Assembly (NCBI GenBank): GCA_030141605.1
Contig: JAQGDQ010000383.1
Location: forward strand, 124,001-188,000
From: Tubiluchus corallicola
Lineage: Eukaryota > Animalia > Priapulida
Length of the DNA: 64,000 nt
Direction of reading: 5' to 3'
In this document: in pieces, positions 15,201-29,897 of the stretch
Layout of the letters: the number at the start of each line of letters is the position of its first letter
Numbering within the stretch: the first letter of the stretch is position 1
Translations under genes and position numbers: made by a program
Notes under the pieces: generated by a model
Database searches by the model: none
What the model was told of the DNA's origin: nothing
The model's input: only the letters and a program-made list of their open reading frames with translations

Positions 15201-15886
15201 GCTGAAGCCATTGTTCCCCATACTACTTTCAAAGCCCCTAACCCAGGTGGCCCGTCTTGCAAGTTTCTTACTATAGCCCTCTGTGTTTATGAGTTAACAA
15301 ACAATAAAAAAACAGTCACCGCAAGGGTTCTCTTCAATCCACGTTGTTTGCACTTGCTGATAAAAAATTTATTCTTATAATTACACAAAATGTTCAATTT
15401 TAAAAGCCAGGAAAATTACATTGTAGTTACGGAGGGCCTACACGCATCTAAAATTCAGTAATGTCAAATGTGAATGTTCTCAACTTTAGATGGTAGAACT
15501 TCACATATTTAATTTAATCATTCAAAATGAATATGCATGTATTAAAACACAGCATTTCGTTGTTTTCGTCTGCTTATCTTTTGATTACCCAATTTCAAAA
15601 ATGAACCTTTTTCAGAATTGAACAGTCCATTGGTGAGAGAGTACCATTTCCTACTAGGGAAAGACCTCCCTTTTCTGAGGGTGTATCTCAGCTTTCTGTT
15701 GCAGCTCCCCCGTTGTCCGCAGAACAGCGATTTGAAACCTCTTCTTTTAATTCATTTGGGGTAGCATCGTTTCGACCAGGGACTGTTCCGCACAGTATAA
15801 CTGATAACCAAGCAAGCCAAACGCAACCGGCAATGCAGATTTATAATGACCCTGGTCGACAGTTTTGGGTACCACCACCTAACTGA
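271..15886 (+). CDS. KHDC4: KH domain-containing 4 pre-mRNA splicing factor (BLOM7/KIAA0907); 5' exons lie upstream of the window
   Basis: Phase-consistent GT-AG exons 271-395, 641-701, 848-956, 1759-1923, 3097-3180, 4269-4594, 4930-5136, 6667-6853, 7948-8047, 11342-11472, 14021-14071, 14669-14750, 15616-15886. Translation GSYLAHIVSETGAKVELRGKGSG...HPKIEGLHAAKELCENLCQTV matches the second KH domain of KHDC4. KRKFLEE...LLGYQ|HGPPH, EPDRKRLK and terminal FWVPPPN* match its conserved C-terminal motifs. The low-complexity middle exons are less certain than the motif exons. Confidence 0.92.
2450..2900 (-). mobile_element. Degenerate 3' fragment of a non-LTR retrotransposon ORF2 (CR1/L2-like)
   Basis: LAPSYL...AWNNLP motifs typical of the post-RT region; interrupted frame; lies in a KHDC4 intron. 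Confidence 0.7.
9015..9260. repeat. Diverged tandem duplication of about 125 bp
   Basis: tgtatagatctgttaa...gacatcacctgcattatt is repeated as tgtatagacctgttaa...gacgtcgcctgcattatt. Confidence 0.7.
14240..14542. mobile_element. MITE with TAGGGATG terminal inverted repeats (hAT-like)
   Basis: tagggatgttaacgat ... atcgtttaacatcccta; no clear target-site duplication. Confidence 0.5.
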
Positions 15887-15922
15887 ATGTAAATATCTCT
15901 GTAAATCATTGTAAGAAATGTA

Positions 15923-15928
15923 AATAAA
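15923..15928 (+). terminator. Candidate polyadenylation signal of KHDC4
   Basis: AATAAA 37 nt after the stop codon; a second AATAAA at 16021. Confidence 0.45.
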
Positions 15929-16729
15929 ATGTATATGAAGTAACATATTGGCATGTACAATAATTGAGGTTGCCTTGTATCATTTTTGTCCTTTATAATT
16001 GCATTGAAATTTTTCTGCAGAATAAAACCAGTTACAGTGAACTATTGTGTTGCACATTGCTCAGTAGTTCTGCAAGTTCTTTTACATATGAGCCTTTTGT
16101 AATTGAAATGAATGCACTTTGTGTTAAACTCTGGTTAGTAGTAATTGAAATAATTTATGATAATGTTCTGTACTGTGAATTTTGCATATTTTTTGTAAAT
16201 ATATCAGATGTACTATGAGAACAATGCATTCAGGTCTTGTGGTTTTTACTGAGTTTAAACATTGAACAAGTTTTATACTGATACGTAATAATGAAAGAGA
16301 ACTTAAAATCAACTAAACACATTATGCCACTCTGTTTGTGTTGTGACATTTACGCAAGTTAACATCCCCAAATTTGACTGAGTCACACGGTAGGCACAAT
16401 CTGTAACATTTCTGTGTTAAGTCCCTTTGAGTTGGCATAGTAGTTAAGTTAACATCCTAAAATCTGTGACAGGGTTACAAAGAAAGCAAAATTTGTACCA
16501 ATTTGCAATATTTCTATGTGTTGCTAAGTCAGCATGGAATTATTACTGTAAGAAATAAATAAAATATACAAGGAACAGAATAGTAGGTATGGGGAGCACA
16601 CACTGCAATGTTAGACAACATACATGAAACTAGCAATTTCATGAATTTTCTTGATGCCTTCATTGATATTCTACAGTTGCACGTATTTTGTCAATACAAA
16701 AACTAACTAAAAGGCAATGGCACTGAATG

Positions 16730-17826
16730 CTATAATTTGCGCTGTTTTCTTGGCCGTTGACAATGTCCTGTTGGTGTATTATCTGTTATTGATATAACCT
16801 GCACACCTGACATTTGCAGTCCTTTGATCGATGCCTAGAGACAGAGAGAAAAGCAAACTGTAAATAAAAGTAATTGGTTATAAACTGCTACAATGAAATC
16901 CAACTTGAAAAAAATATTATGCAACTCATAGTCATAATGTCCAGTCCAGTCCAGTGAATAGGTTATAAACAATGAAAACAAATATCACCAACATCACTAA
17001 ACGATTTAAAATAGGCATTTCATCATAATTACGACTGTTATAAAATAATCAAGTTACAACTGCACATAGTTGTAGCGTTAAAACCAACACTAACGATAAG
17101 TTGCTTTTAAAAATTTGCGAAATTAATTGAGATCAAAATAATTGGGGCTTTCATACTGAATCGAAATCAAAATAATTGTCAACAATTTTCAATTACACAT
17201 GTTAAAAAATTTTTGGTTGATTTAATGAAAAAGGTACAAGAAAACACTATTATTGTGAAAAACTTTACAAGATTCATTGCAATCAAAATAATCGGGGCTT
17301 TTTATACCGAACTGAAGTCAAAATAATTTTCAACAATTTTAATTACAATTGTTACAAAATTTTTGGTTGATTTAACAAAAAAGTACACCAAACACCACTA
17401 CATACTCTATTCCATTGCTAAAGTACATTTGACACATAATAAAAATATTTTAGCAAAATTTCAATGCAGAGATAATAGAATATATACGTGTAGAATGCTC
17501 ATTCACTGCAACAGAGCTATGCTACAGCTGTGCACTGTGTGCTATATATTCTAGCAAGTGGCGGAATCTTAATGTTGGCCTACACAAATAGTTATTTATG
17601 TAATTGAAATAATTTTTAACAATGGAAATAAATTGTATTTCAACTGATTACAAAGTCTGACTTGAAAACAGGCTAACTAGTAGTTTACATGTGCATGCAT
17701 TTTCACAAGTACAAACATCATTTTGCTACTTAGGACTTTCACAATACATGTAGGTGTCCATAATCCTCTCTGCAGACGAACCTCTCTCCCTCTCCCTCTC
17801 CTGCTCTCTCTCTCTCTCCCACTCTC

Positions 17827-17891
<65 letters not shown>

Positions 17892-20800
17892 CTCTCTCTC
17901 CCCCCTTCTGCCTCCCCCTCTCTCTCCCTCCCCCTCTCCCTCTCTCATCGAACATTTAAGGAAATAGTTATTGCATTACCATACGTCCTGGACCAAGTCC
18001 TTTTATTATTACTCTGACATTTGTTAGTCCAGCTTTCAGTGCTCTCTGTAAATAGAAGAATTCTTATACTTGTATAAAACAGAAATTCTTTACAAAAAAA
18101 TTTAAATTATATTAAGAAAGAAATGAATTGCCAACATAAATTACGTAAATACAGTCAAACCTCGTTATAATGCCTCCCTCACTTAACGCCCATATTTTTG
18201 GCAAAACAAATGTCTGTATTTGCATAGACAGGTATGTATTTCTGCATCTTGTTATAATGCCAAAGTTGCTTTTAACACCAACTTTTTCTGGAGTCACAAA
18301 GTGGATGGTATAAAGAGGCTTGGCTGTACAATGTATTAGTGCAGAATCAGGAATTTTTCAAAGTGGAAAACTTGAAAGACTGTATAGCTAACTATGTAGT
18401 TATACTATACTACTTGCTCTGAATGGCTTTTTAAGACTTGATAATGCTTTGACATACACTAACCATGATAATATTGGATTTTACTCAGTAACAAAACATA
18501 CCATCCCCACATTAATTCCTGTTGCCTGCGCTGCAATATTTGTTCCTTTTTTTGCATTTTTGAAACCTTCAGTACCCTACAATTGTTAAATACAACATGT
18601 GTTGAAGTATTAGATATTATATACAAGAACAGGGAGCATTGTTAAAGTTTGTGATTTGACACATAACAGAAGCAAATGATCAAATGAACTGATTCAAATC
18701 AATAAGTACTGGTGACAGGTTGATGGAAAAGAAACAGGAGAAAAAAGAGAAGAGAAAAACCAAACCGGGAAGCAATTGCCACAAAACACAAGCACAAGTT
18801 TCACTTAATTATTTCTTGTTGCCAAAATCACTGTTTACTGATATGTAACAGTTAGAAGCTATGCAAAAATGGCTACTTGTTTGTATATTTTTTTGGAAAT
18901 GTGCTCAGGGCCATCTTAACAGCATTGTAAGCAGTGTACTGGGACCCTCAGTGCTTTACTGTACAAAAGTGTCAAAATTTTGCATGGGGAAATTTTAGTT
19001 TAGTTTTTGTACTGTATTTACTCATTTCAGAGCCCAGGCCCTTATTATTTTTCAAGCTGATTACCAGGCCCTTATTGAAGCACAAGCACATTACTTTTAA
19101 GCCTTTTACTCCTTATGCACAATAAGTAGACAGCGTATTCCCATGAACGCCGTCACAGCAAACAGCCTGTGTTGATGTTTTGATTATTTGTGCATCACTA
19201 AGATAATGTTGCATAAACGCGCACGCATATACTTTAATCTGAGTATAGAATGGGAGCAGTAATGAGGTGAAGCAGAATTGATGCAGATCTGCGCCTAAGC
19301 AGTTATTCAAACACAGGCGTTTATTCGGATGGGTGCGTAATTAATCATGTACTCATTTTGCACGGTTAAAATTGTCGCTTTAGTGCCTAATTGTATACTT
19401 ACACAAGATCCCTGAGCAATGAACTTTGACCCTAAAAAGACAGAAGGCAAGGTAACCTACTGACATAGTAGATGCTGTAAAAGTATTTTAGACTCTGATG
19501 AAAATTTTGTATATCTACATACTATAGTATGTGAAAAATGTTAATAATACTACATTTAGAGTTAATAGTATTGACAAATGACAAATGATAAACACAGAAT
19601 CTTAATGCTGCCTACACAAAGAATAACAACAAGATATATTCTCCTAAATTTTCACGTGCATTTATGTAATAATTACGTGCACAAGAAAATAGAATGCACT
19701 AAAGCAATGTCTGCAAAATTCTGCCCTTTGCCTGCTGTAAATAAGTAAGTGCTACTGCAGAATCTGCCCATTTGTCATAATACTTTAGAAACTCTATGAT
19801 CATTTACCAGTGTCACAAGCATACAACTGAAAAAGAGTCAATTTTAAATAAAAATGAAAGAATGCTGCAAGTTATGGGAATGTGCTACACAACTGTTATT
19901 CATAGCTAATCATGGACATTTTCTACTTCTCACCCATTTCTTAGTTACATTGGTTAATGAAATAAAAACTGACGCAAATGTAAATTCTACCTCTATGATC
20001 TGTCACTGTGATGATGGTATTATTCTTGCTAGTGTGTATGTGTGCAACAGGCAGCTGGTCATACCTCACTCCATCAAATAATATGGAGTGAGTTTCTGGA
20101 GTGGGAATATTTATCGCAAATCTGAAAAAATAATATTAAAATGAAAAACACAAAGTTTGAAAGGTGAAGCATATTAGTGTAGTATATATATTTATACAAC
20201 CCGTATTTGCACGTAGCAAAAGAACTGAAAAGAGTAAGATTTTAAAATACAACAATTTTCACTCTAAATCCCAAAATCTTAATATTATTATATAACGCAA
20301 GATTGTTACTGAGTACACTCCAAGCCTCTTTATACCGCCCACTCTGCGACAAGAAAAAAGTTGGCATTATAACGAATTTGGTGTTGTAATGAAAAAGTGT
20401 GTTAAAATTTGCCATAAACAAAACACAGAAAGTTCTGTCAGATAAGTGTACACAGGTTAGAGGACCTCAATTTTCACTCTAAAGATTAATGAATTAAAAG
20501 AACACTATTAAATGAATCATTTGTGAATTAATGATTCACTCAAAATCAATCATCTTTATCAAGAACATTTTGTTTTCATAATAAAGATATCTTGTACTAT
20601 GTTGTAGATAAACTATATACATGTAATAGGCTATAGCCTATTGCTCTACTAATCATGTACATGTAAAAAGGGTTAAGTCATAACTACAAACTTCTTGCTC
20701 AGATTTGCTTGGATGATTCTTAGCAAACAAGCAAATAAAACATTTCTTGTGGCGAAAAAAGAACTGCTTGTTTTCTGTCAGTTGCTATTATTACTGTGTG

Positions 20801-22258
20801 GTGCATTAACAATAATAACAGCGGTATGAGACCTTTATTATTGCGACTGTATGATGCACTGTACAGCTTGAAAACAATCAGAGTATGATAACAGGCATTA
20901 TTTTAGAGGACACGTGACGTATGGTCAGTGTCAGCAGAGCGTCTATCAGCCTCATAGAACTGACGTAATAACAAAGTCGCTGGCATAGTTGGCAGGTATT
21001 TCTACCCATTGAACATATACATTAAATTGCCTGGCAAGTGGCGGGTAATGGGCGTCGGTGAAACAGGTTACTTTTATATACAGTTTGATACGGCCATTTT
21101 GTTCCTGGCCATTTTGAAGGTGGTAAACGAGTTTGGCGGTATAACGAGGTTTGACTATATTTTTAAATGTACAGTTTACATCTATAGTTAACCACGGATA
21201 TAAGGGACACCTCCGGATTGGAAAAAATCATCCCTTTAACTGAAATAGAGCTAAATCTAAGCTGCATTCACGCTCATGTGCCCCGCATCTATTCCCTTAC
21301 TTCAGTAGCCTTTTTGAATGTTTCTCGCAACATTTGGTATATACTGAATCAATTCTGCTAAATATTTACCTTTAAACTGAACTTCAAAATAAATGTTTAT
21401 TAAAAAACTAACATTTATATGAATGCTGATTACATGTACATAATATATGTACATACGTACATTATGGGCATAATATGCATAGTCTTTGGGTTGGTTAAAA
21501 CATGTACATAGCTTTTCCGTTGTTCATTTGCCGGCAAAAAAGTCAGTGACCTTTTCTGAGTTAACCTGGATGCTGGCTGTCGTATGAGGAAGCTGCCTAG
21601 TTTGCCAGTGGAGGACAAGATCTCATTACGAATTTCTTTAGATGTATAGTACATTAGTAGGTAATCTCACAGAGTGGCCAAAGCCTTGTTCGGGTGTTGG
21701 ACAGAAACCACAATGCACTCTGGTGCAAAATCTTCATTGGAAGTGGCTTTGCTTAGAGCTGAAGCATCTACTGCAGATGGCGCTAATCAAGTTTAAGGAT
21801 GAAAAAAGTCTTTGGTCATCGAACCCTTATACGCGAGAAAATTCACTTGATTTCTACTGCATGGGACCTAAAAATGTCATTCCTTATGTCTCTCATATCC
21901 GAATATCTTAGATACACAGGTTTTTGTAAGGAAAAATGTGGCAAAAAACGGGACCGGTTTTGGTAATTTATATATTTCTATTAGCTTGAAAAAATTTTAA
22001 GACTAGTTGTGTAAGGATTTGAAAATTTGCCAATCCAGACATAACTCTGCAAACTTACCCCATTTTTTTATCTACACTGCCAACAGACCATTCACCGTGA
22101 ACACCTTCATCTTTGGGCAAAACCGTTTGTAATAACGTCTTTCGGTCATCCCGTCTAAATGTAGCCGCAGACAAATGTAGACTACGTCTGCTAATACATG
22201 GTAATACGCTGCAGGTGTATAATGGAAATCTCCCAATTATTTGTGTGACCATAAGCAT
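16730..22258 (-). CDS. MRPS11: Mitochondrial 28S ribosomal protein S11 (uS11m), 201 aa, complete
   Basis: Exons 22258-22059, 20121-19991, 19431-19403, 18576-18502, 18045-17980, 16834-16730 total 606 nt in frame. Motifs PKDEG, AHIHTSKNNTIITVTD, SCGTEGFKNAKKGTNIAAQ, VRVIIKGLGPGR, ISITDNTP...RPRKQRKL*; Arg/Ser-rich N-terminus resembles a mitochondrial presequence. Confidence 0.96.
17131..17400. repeat. Diverged tandem duplication, about 150-bp period
   Basis: atcaaaataat(t/c)ggggcttt...aaatttttggttgatttaa...cacta occurs twice. Confidence 0.7.
17781..17946. repeat. (CT)n microsatellite
   Basis: Directly visible. Confidence 0.97.
18152..18326. mobile_element. Tc1/pogo(Tigger)-like MITE
   Basis: TA-cagtcaaacctcgttata ... 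tataaagaggcttggctg-TA inverted ends with TA flanks. Confidence 0.65.
20316..21157. mobile_element. Longer copy of the same pogo-like MITE family
   Basis: cactccaagcctctttataccgcc ... ggcggtataacgaggtttgacta ends resemble those of 18152-18326. Confidence 0.55.
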
Positions 22259-22821
22259 TCTAGAATTACAGAGTGTTTTATATGTGTACTAAACAATTTT
22301 ATTAATGTACAAAAAACTTATAAAAGCAATTTCATTTCACATTAAAATGAAATTCATGCAAAAAGGTTAAACAGGTCATATGATGGTCAAAACACACAAA
22401 AAAAACCTTTTGTTTTTCTTTAGTTTAATGCTAAGTAGAAACATTGCAACACTGCACTAAAGGGCAAGGTAGATTTTATTAAAGAGTTTAGTGCTAGTAA
22501 AACCAAATTGAAGTTCTTTTGCACACACAAACCCAAATCTCTATTGGTCTTTAAAGATTCCAAAGCACAGTAAACTAAACAACATACGACTGCTTGAGGT
22601 GTAGACACCACTGCAGGAACTTATACTACTCCCTGCAGAAGACTATTCTTTCTTGAATCTGACTCTTCAGCTGTACCACTCGTGCATATCAACAGCAGTT
22701 AAAGGTTTTGCAATGTCATGGTAATTTTGCTCTTTTAATAATTTGGGGTAGGTACTGTAATCATATACTTTGACCAAATCTAACTGGTTTTACCTACATA
22801 ATAGTTATATGATCTTATAGG

Positions 22822-24263
22822 CAGTGCTTAAAGTGCATATGTTTAGGTAAGGGGTTTCATGGGAAACAATAAAAAACAGGTAGTGGTTCTCGGGGCGATC
22901 TGGGCTCAAGCCCTGGAAACCTGTCTATTTTCCTTGTTTTTAGGCATTTTGAGCCAATCAATGGTAAGAAATTTAACGAAAAAAGGGCAGTTCAGTAAGC
23001 AATATTTCAACTATTTTTCAAATTTAATGATATGAAATTTAGGTCTTTATTCAAAAGTAACACTTTCTTTCTCTACTCATTTAACCGCTGCCAAACCATC
23101 CATCTAGGTCCTTTGAATCAACTAATCAATAACATAATTAATACCGTCCTCTTTTGTGACCAATCCTTTTCTTGTGAGTCAGACAACAATATATCTGTCA
23201 ACTACATTATATTTACAAACATAAAATCATTTTCATTTAAAAACTCGTCCATTTCTTTCTTTTAATTCACAATCTATCTGCTTTCCTCATCATTTTCAGG
23301 GGTACATCAAAAAAATTATAATGCTCTAGGCTGACAGCTTAATCCTGCACACCTGTATTGTGGATTTGTGATTGTTGACATATATATATGAAGTCCAATA
23401 AACAATTACTGTGGCATATTAGTAGTACTGCTACTTAAACACTTTTGTTGTTCCTGTTAATTACATATATTTCTACTGGCTTATACCCAAGGAGGCTGCA
23501 CAACTGTTTGTGGTGTACGACCTTTTATATAAGGATAATTGTATCTGTTGGAAACGTTATAATGACGCTTATAAGGACTTGTAGGCGGTAACTGCTTGTA
23601 GTGTATTATAAAATACACGCTTTATGTGAATATGAAAGGATACACATTTTCTGAGTATAGAGGAGAATACAAATTTCTTAACACAGAGCCATTATTTGGT
23701 GCCCTAGCCTACAGCCTGGTTAGTCATTGGTAAATATGCCCTGATCATTTTCACCACAGATTCATTTATTGGTTACACACTCATAATTAAGAAACCTTTT
23801 TGGGTAATTATGGTAAGTAGACCGGACTTTCAGTCATAATTGCATTATGATAATTTGTATAATTATTATATTCTGTTGGTAACGGAAAAATCCAGTAATG
23901 AGTTGTGCCTGCGTCCTTTCATTTTCAACAAAAACAAACACGTGCAACAAACACTCACCTATCTTTGAACTGTTGTGAAGTGACAGCGCAGAGACGAAAA
24001 TAATACTTAGTGTTACAACTGCTGTGGTGCGTTTTTAAGTTACTGTTTGTTTCATTTTTCATCTTACAGTCTACAGTTCAATAACAGACAAAGTTTTTAG
24101 TAATACTGCTAGAAGAAGTTTTTATGTATCACAAGTTTTCATGTTATGGATAGGCTTATAGCCAATTAAATGGTGAGAAATCTACATGTGTGATCCGGCG
24201 AGAAATAATTTTTTTAGGTTCCGGGTCTGCGACCCAGACAGACCCAGCGCACTTTAAGCACTA
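22822..24263. mobile_element. Non-autonomous hAT-like DNA transposon upstream of the MRPS11 start codon
   Basis: cagtgcttaaagtgc ... gcactttaagcact inverted termini; no coding capacity; target-site duplication not evident. Confidence 0.5.
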
Positions 24264-24289
24264 ATCTTTCCAAGCAGACTTTGACGTCG

Positions 24290-24700
24290 ATATTATGTCG
24301 TCGTGGCCACGAATTTCAATTTTAGCTTGGTGGCGGTGGCGCGCCGCGCTGTCCGAAACCAGCGGCGGTGCAACTATAGCGAGAAACTATGGCGGCAGAT
24401 ACGCCGCTCCTCTGTAAATGGCAACAAACACCACGCAAAATGTTTTCGGAAGTTTCACTATCATAAGTCAATTTACTAATGAACCCTTCATATTAATGAA
24501 CGAAAGAACGGGGAAATTAGAAATGAAATGCAAATACATGTGCCCACAAACAGGCCAGCCTCAGAGTCTCCACGATTTTTATGTATGTATTAGGGACCTA
24601 AAGGCGACGAAACTACCTAAACTGCAAACTCGTCAAAAACTGTGTTCACCTGCTGCACGTCGAATTGACAGACACTGAATTCTAATATAAAACCTGCTCA
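24290..24700 (-). promoter_or_regulatory. Probable MRPS11 promoter / non-coding first exon region
   Basis: CpG-rich patch (ggcgcgccgcgc, atggcggc) in AT-rich DNA. The MRPS11 ATG is directly preceded by an acceptor (ctag|aATG), implying a 5'UTR exon; candidate donor cag|gtgaac near 24649. Confidence 0.35.
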
Positions 24701-26099
24701 CAAGTCAAAACCGCCTAACCAATGTTCTAACAAAAAGCAAGCAAACCAGCCAGTAACGCTTCATGCTAGGTACTCTTTGGCACTACAGGAGAAATCGGTT
24801 TAATTTACTTCGAATTTATTTCACGACGTCTTTGCCTGTGTTCAGTTCAATTGAATCAGTGCCTACTGTGTTTACTATCAAGAACATTTGGTTATCAAAG
24901 GTCATATGTTATATGTTATATGAGCAGTTCAAAGACTGCTACTGGGCCAAAAAAGAAAACGATAAATTTAAACCAAAATTTAGAGAATAACCAACATACA
25001 CTCTCCTCATCGATCTGAATCACCTTCCCGAGCAATCATTCCCCTCTCTCGTTTTCATAAAAAACACAACGTCCCAAAATATGTTACAAGGTTTCCAAAT
25101 CTGAACTACATCCACAAATTCTATGCTGTTCAGTTACTTTCCAGTGGATTACTATAAAATTTTATTTTCAAAGCTCAATCTAATTCTTGCTTTAATCTAT
25201 AATTTAGGATTATGCACATGTCATTATCCAAACTTGAAAGAAAGGTCTTGGTATATTGACCATAATATATTTTTCCCCAGCCGTAGAACAGGTTTAATTC
25301 AAATTTTCTGCAATTGTATACCCCTTTCTTACACCTTTCATTCGAATAATTCATTGTAACCCATTTCACTGAGATGTATATCTGTTATTTTTTGTAAAGC
25401 GTAATTAAGACAGTTCACCTAATGCCAAAAAGTCAAAAAACGTCTCCAAGCCGATTTATCGGCTAAGAAACGTAATTAATCTTCTCGCCCATTTAGATAG
25501 TATCCAGCTAAGCCCTCCAATCATTATTATCTTTTTCACCAATCTATTGTTATTGATAAAGAAAATTCTATAATGCTTTCTCAATAACAGAAGCAAACCC
25601 AACTTTGCCTCTTGCCACTGCACCGTTACATCCCATGCCTTTCCATATTAATATAACAAATGACTCCTGATATCTCATAAATATATCATAAACGCTCTCC
25701 TTTTGATAGAAAAATCTTCCAATCCAACCAATGATTAATTCGTCTACAATCACAGATTTCCGATCAGTTCTTCTCAGGCTTCCCTTCTTGAATCGGAAAA
25801 CATTGCCATATATTTATGTACCCATATAGTCTTCCTCAGATTTGGAATCCGTTTTTCAATACATGCATCTTCATTTTCACTCTCTCTAAGTAACAGACTA
25901 AAATATTTTGCTTTACTTGACTTCTTTACTTAAAATCCACCAAAATGAAACTTTTTTTGTTTAGTAGACAACTGTGAAACTAGTTTATTAGACAATTATG
26001 AGACAACTATCAAGTCTGATAAAAAGTATACATTTTAACACATTAGACAATTATGAAACTTTTGCCTTCTTCATCATTGGGAAGGTAGATTATTCGTCA

Positions 26100-26340
26100 T
26101 ATATCTAATCTACTGTGCTCCATGCTGGTTGTTATTATGGAAGAGGTGCTGAGATGGAATATGCGCCTGTCCCTCAGCCCACTGGACCGACGAGACCATT
26201 CAAAAGCGACAGTTTTATACTTGGTACTCAATGCCAATTAGTCTAATAATTATTATTAATGGCTCAGTATGGACTAGTTACCATCTCAACGTAGAGGAGG
26301 TCAAAAATAAATGGTATTCACTCCCTCACTCCCATAACTC
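26100..26340. mobile_element. Short interspersed repeat, same family as 42950-43190
   Basis: tctaatc..tgtgctccatgc...cagcccactg.accgacg...ccattc...gtagagg is shared by both loci. Confidence 0.65.
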
Positions 26341-29272
26341 TGCCCTTCTCTACCTCTAAATGATTCGTCCTGAAACCAGAATGAAGGTTGCAGGAGAAGA
26401 TATATGAGATTTTTATTGGGACTAAAAATTTACGATGATCACAAATTGTTGGAATGATCACAGATTGCGTAACAGTTACTAGTTGGAAATAATGTTAAAG
26501 ATCAGTAAGTATAAAGAAGATGAAGAGGTGCAGTTGTGCATGACCCTAACAAGTTTGGAAAAGAATGCAAAAACATTTACTGAAAAGAAACTTAACGCTT
26601 ACTGGGTGAAATGGTAATATGTTTACAAGAATGCTTGATGCCTACTGAAGAAACAGATATTAAGGGAAAGTTTTACGAAAGGTTAGAATAGATTTCCAAA
26701 AGCTAAGAATGTAAAGCACGGAGGGCTGGTTCCATCTGGGCCGGCTTAGGCAGGCGGTCTTCAGCATGGACACTCCCGGGTTTGAACCCTTGCCGTGAGA
26801 GTTTGTGACACGTCTGGGTGTTCCTCAGCCAAATGGTTCGAGTAAGTCAGCAGGCTCGTAAGGACTGCACCAACGTAAATCAGATGGCACGAGTATGTCC
26901 GCAGACTCGTAAGGAATACACTAACCAGCGTAGCATACTTGTTCCTATTCTTTCAGATGATAGCAGATTGAGAAGCTCTTTCCTTTCCTTCAAGTAGCTG
27001 CTCATTCAAATATACGAACCCTGTGAATTGTTAGACCAGTTACGTCGTCCATACTACCAACATCGTCGTCAAATCAAGCAAGTACACCATGTGATGAGGC
27101 ACTAGCGCTGACTGCTGAACTGGTCCTCACGATACGTCTGCACATCGATGTAATTTCCCCAAGATTCAAATCACAAATTTGAAATAACACTCCAGGTGCA
27201 GTTACAGGACAAAGTACAGGACCCTGTACAGAACATGATTTTGTACAGAACGACACTTCTTAAAAACGTCATTTATTTACAGCACGCAAGAATTGTATCC
27301 TCGCAAGTGAATATCACGAGGTTACAGAGTAAAAGTCATACAGCATACATGCACTGCACCGTAAATGAACATAACAAGAGCTCGCATCATATGGTTGGCT
27401 CTGGTTGACTGTATACTACGTGATGAGTTCTTAACCCTACTCTTATACTTGAAGTCGCAAAGTTTGGATTCAAGTATTGATTCAGCAAGTTTTTCAGTAT
27501 CTTCCTTCTTCGGTTTAATAATGTTACCACCGCTAAAACAAAAGCCAAGTCTCTCGGGAAGTTGAGCTTATATATACTAATATTTGAGAAAAATTTTAGA
27601 AAGTTTCAGCGATAAAATTGTGATAAGCATCTCCTGTAATTAGTAAAATCAATTAAAAGTTGTGATTACTTTACGTTTGGGCGCGCTCATTTTACACGAA
27701 AAATGGCGTCATCCGGTTGCCGTGCAGGTGCTTGAGCAATCTTTTTTTGACTTATAGAGCGAACTCTATAAACTAAGTAACCTACCCGGTGCCTACTATA
27801 TGTTCGCAAGTTTGCCTGCGTACCTGAAAGTCAACAAAAATCTGTAAATTAATACCACTTACACCATTTTAAGGTACAATTCTACGGGTTAAAGCTATGT
27901 AACTACTCTAAACTTGATCATAATTGATCCAGGGACCAATTTTTAGATTTAAACGCAGTTAAATACAATGATAGAATAACGAAACTTCTGAGTGAACTGT
28001 GGAAATTTCCTAACACGTACCTTCACCACAGCTTGCCTTCACAGCAGCATTCACGCTGCACAGCAGACTCCAGCTTATGTCATTTTTATTCAAATATGCC
28101 GGCAGCCACGTTCGTTTGGTAGAAGATAAAAATATTTAAACTTCTTTTACATTTAACGCGTATATTATGTGGTGATTTCAATATTTTTACATTAAAATTC
28201 AATAAATGTTGTTCGAGGGTTGGTTCTTCCTTTAAGTTAATTATTGTTGTAAAAATGTGTTATGCATTCAGTAAAAGCTTTCACAGCTTTGAATGGGACA
28301 ATAAGCATTTTGATACTTAGTATCGTGATGTACGTAGAATGATTTAAATTGACATAGTATGCTCTCGTAAAACATACATGAACGCCCATGTTAATTATCT
28401 TTAAATGCCTATTTTTATTTTTCTATAAGCTAAACCGGGTGTACTTGTACGTCAGTAACATTTGACAAAAAATTCTCTTGAATCCAGAATGGGTCATCGC
28501 ACGACACGATAATTCAGCTTTCAGTAACCTTAGTCTAATACTTTTTCGAACTCCTAACAATAAAAATAAACAAATCTCACTTCCACGTGAAGTTCTTTAC
28601 AAAAATGATTCACATTTTTACGAGCTCTCTATAACATCGATCATTCGAATTTGTACTTTCGTCTAATTTGAGGCCTCTTTTTATGGCACTATTTGAGGTG
28701 CTTCCTGCAGTCAGCAAAGGGATTATTATACACTTAAGTGTATTGAAAACTGGAATACAGCGCCCAAAGGCAGCGTGATCCGGACCTGATCCAAAAGAAA
28801 GGGACCTATCTGCCACTATATCATTGTCATTAGGCCTGCGTCTGTCACATCATTTTTAGAAACAGAAACATTGTTAAAGAAACCACTGAGTTGAAGCACT
28901 GTCTTAGCAATGGATGTATACATCCTTCCTCTGTGAGGCAAATAGGTAACAATTACGAATGATATCATCCTGAGCGAGTACTGAACCAAGGCGGCAACAC
29001 AGCTTCACATGAAAGCGCAGATGTCTATCTTATCCATTCAGCAACAACACATTTATGCAATTATAATGCATCTGCAATAGAGGGACAGTCAAATCTTATC
29101 GAATTAAAGATGCACATGCGGAAATAGATAAAAACACATTACGCGTTATAATAATCTTTTTACTCTTACTTATCTATGATCACAGTCTTGACAAAGAGGC
29201 GTTGTTCAATTATAATCAATGTAGTTACATATATGCTACTAGACGTCATACTAGTGCTATTAACATCAAATG

Positions 29273-29840
29273 TTACAAATTCGTATTTCCGCTTGTGAGC
29301 TTGAATGGCTGGTTATTTTTATAGTCGTGTTCAAAAGCAGTTTTCATCTCCGTGCCTTCCAAATTTCGTACTCGACTTGGGCGTGAATAAAAGCTGTATA
29401 CGGCAGCAGAGACAAACTGAAAGAGCTCGATGAATGTCAATAAGGAACAACCGATATACAGTCCAAATGTCCCGCCGAGTTCTGAGAGCAGGCTAAAACC
29501 CTGAAAAAAAAAACACAATTCAAACTTAGTCTTCTTGACAACGAGGATTCACGATAGTTGATTGATAGGTCTTTAGATACATTGTAAACTAGAGATGTGA
29601 CTTCAAAGGTATCATGATTCTGAAGGTGCCCTGCTTTACAACTAATGTAACAGTTAGAAAAATTATCCGTACTTACAGTGTATTTGGGTTCCGTTTCTAT
29701 CAACTGGTAGCTCAAGTCACTGTAGTAAACGTTGATTTTTGCGAATTGCATCCTGAGAAGAATTATTCAGATTCAGAATTAGCACAAAATTCAATAATAA
29801 CAAAACTTTGACTGTGTCTGATGCGACTACATATATATTG

Positions 29841-29897
<57 letters not shown>

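Noticed and set aside
17677-18017. ER/RE- and LS-repeat ORFs
   Set aside because: (CT)n microsatellite in an MRPS11 intron.
27000-27420. Possible gene or Gypsy integrase-tail remnant
   Set aside because: Only faint resemblance across broken frames; cannot be supported.
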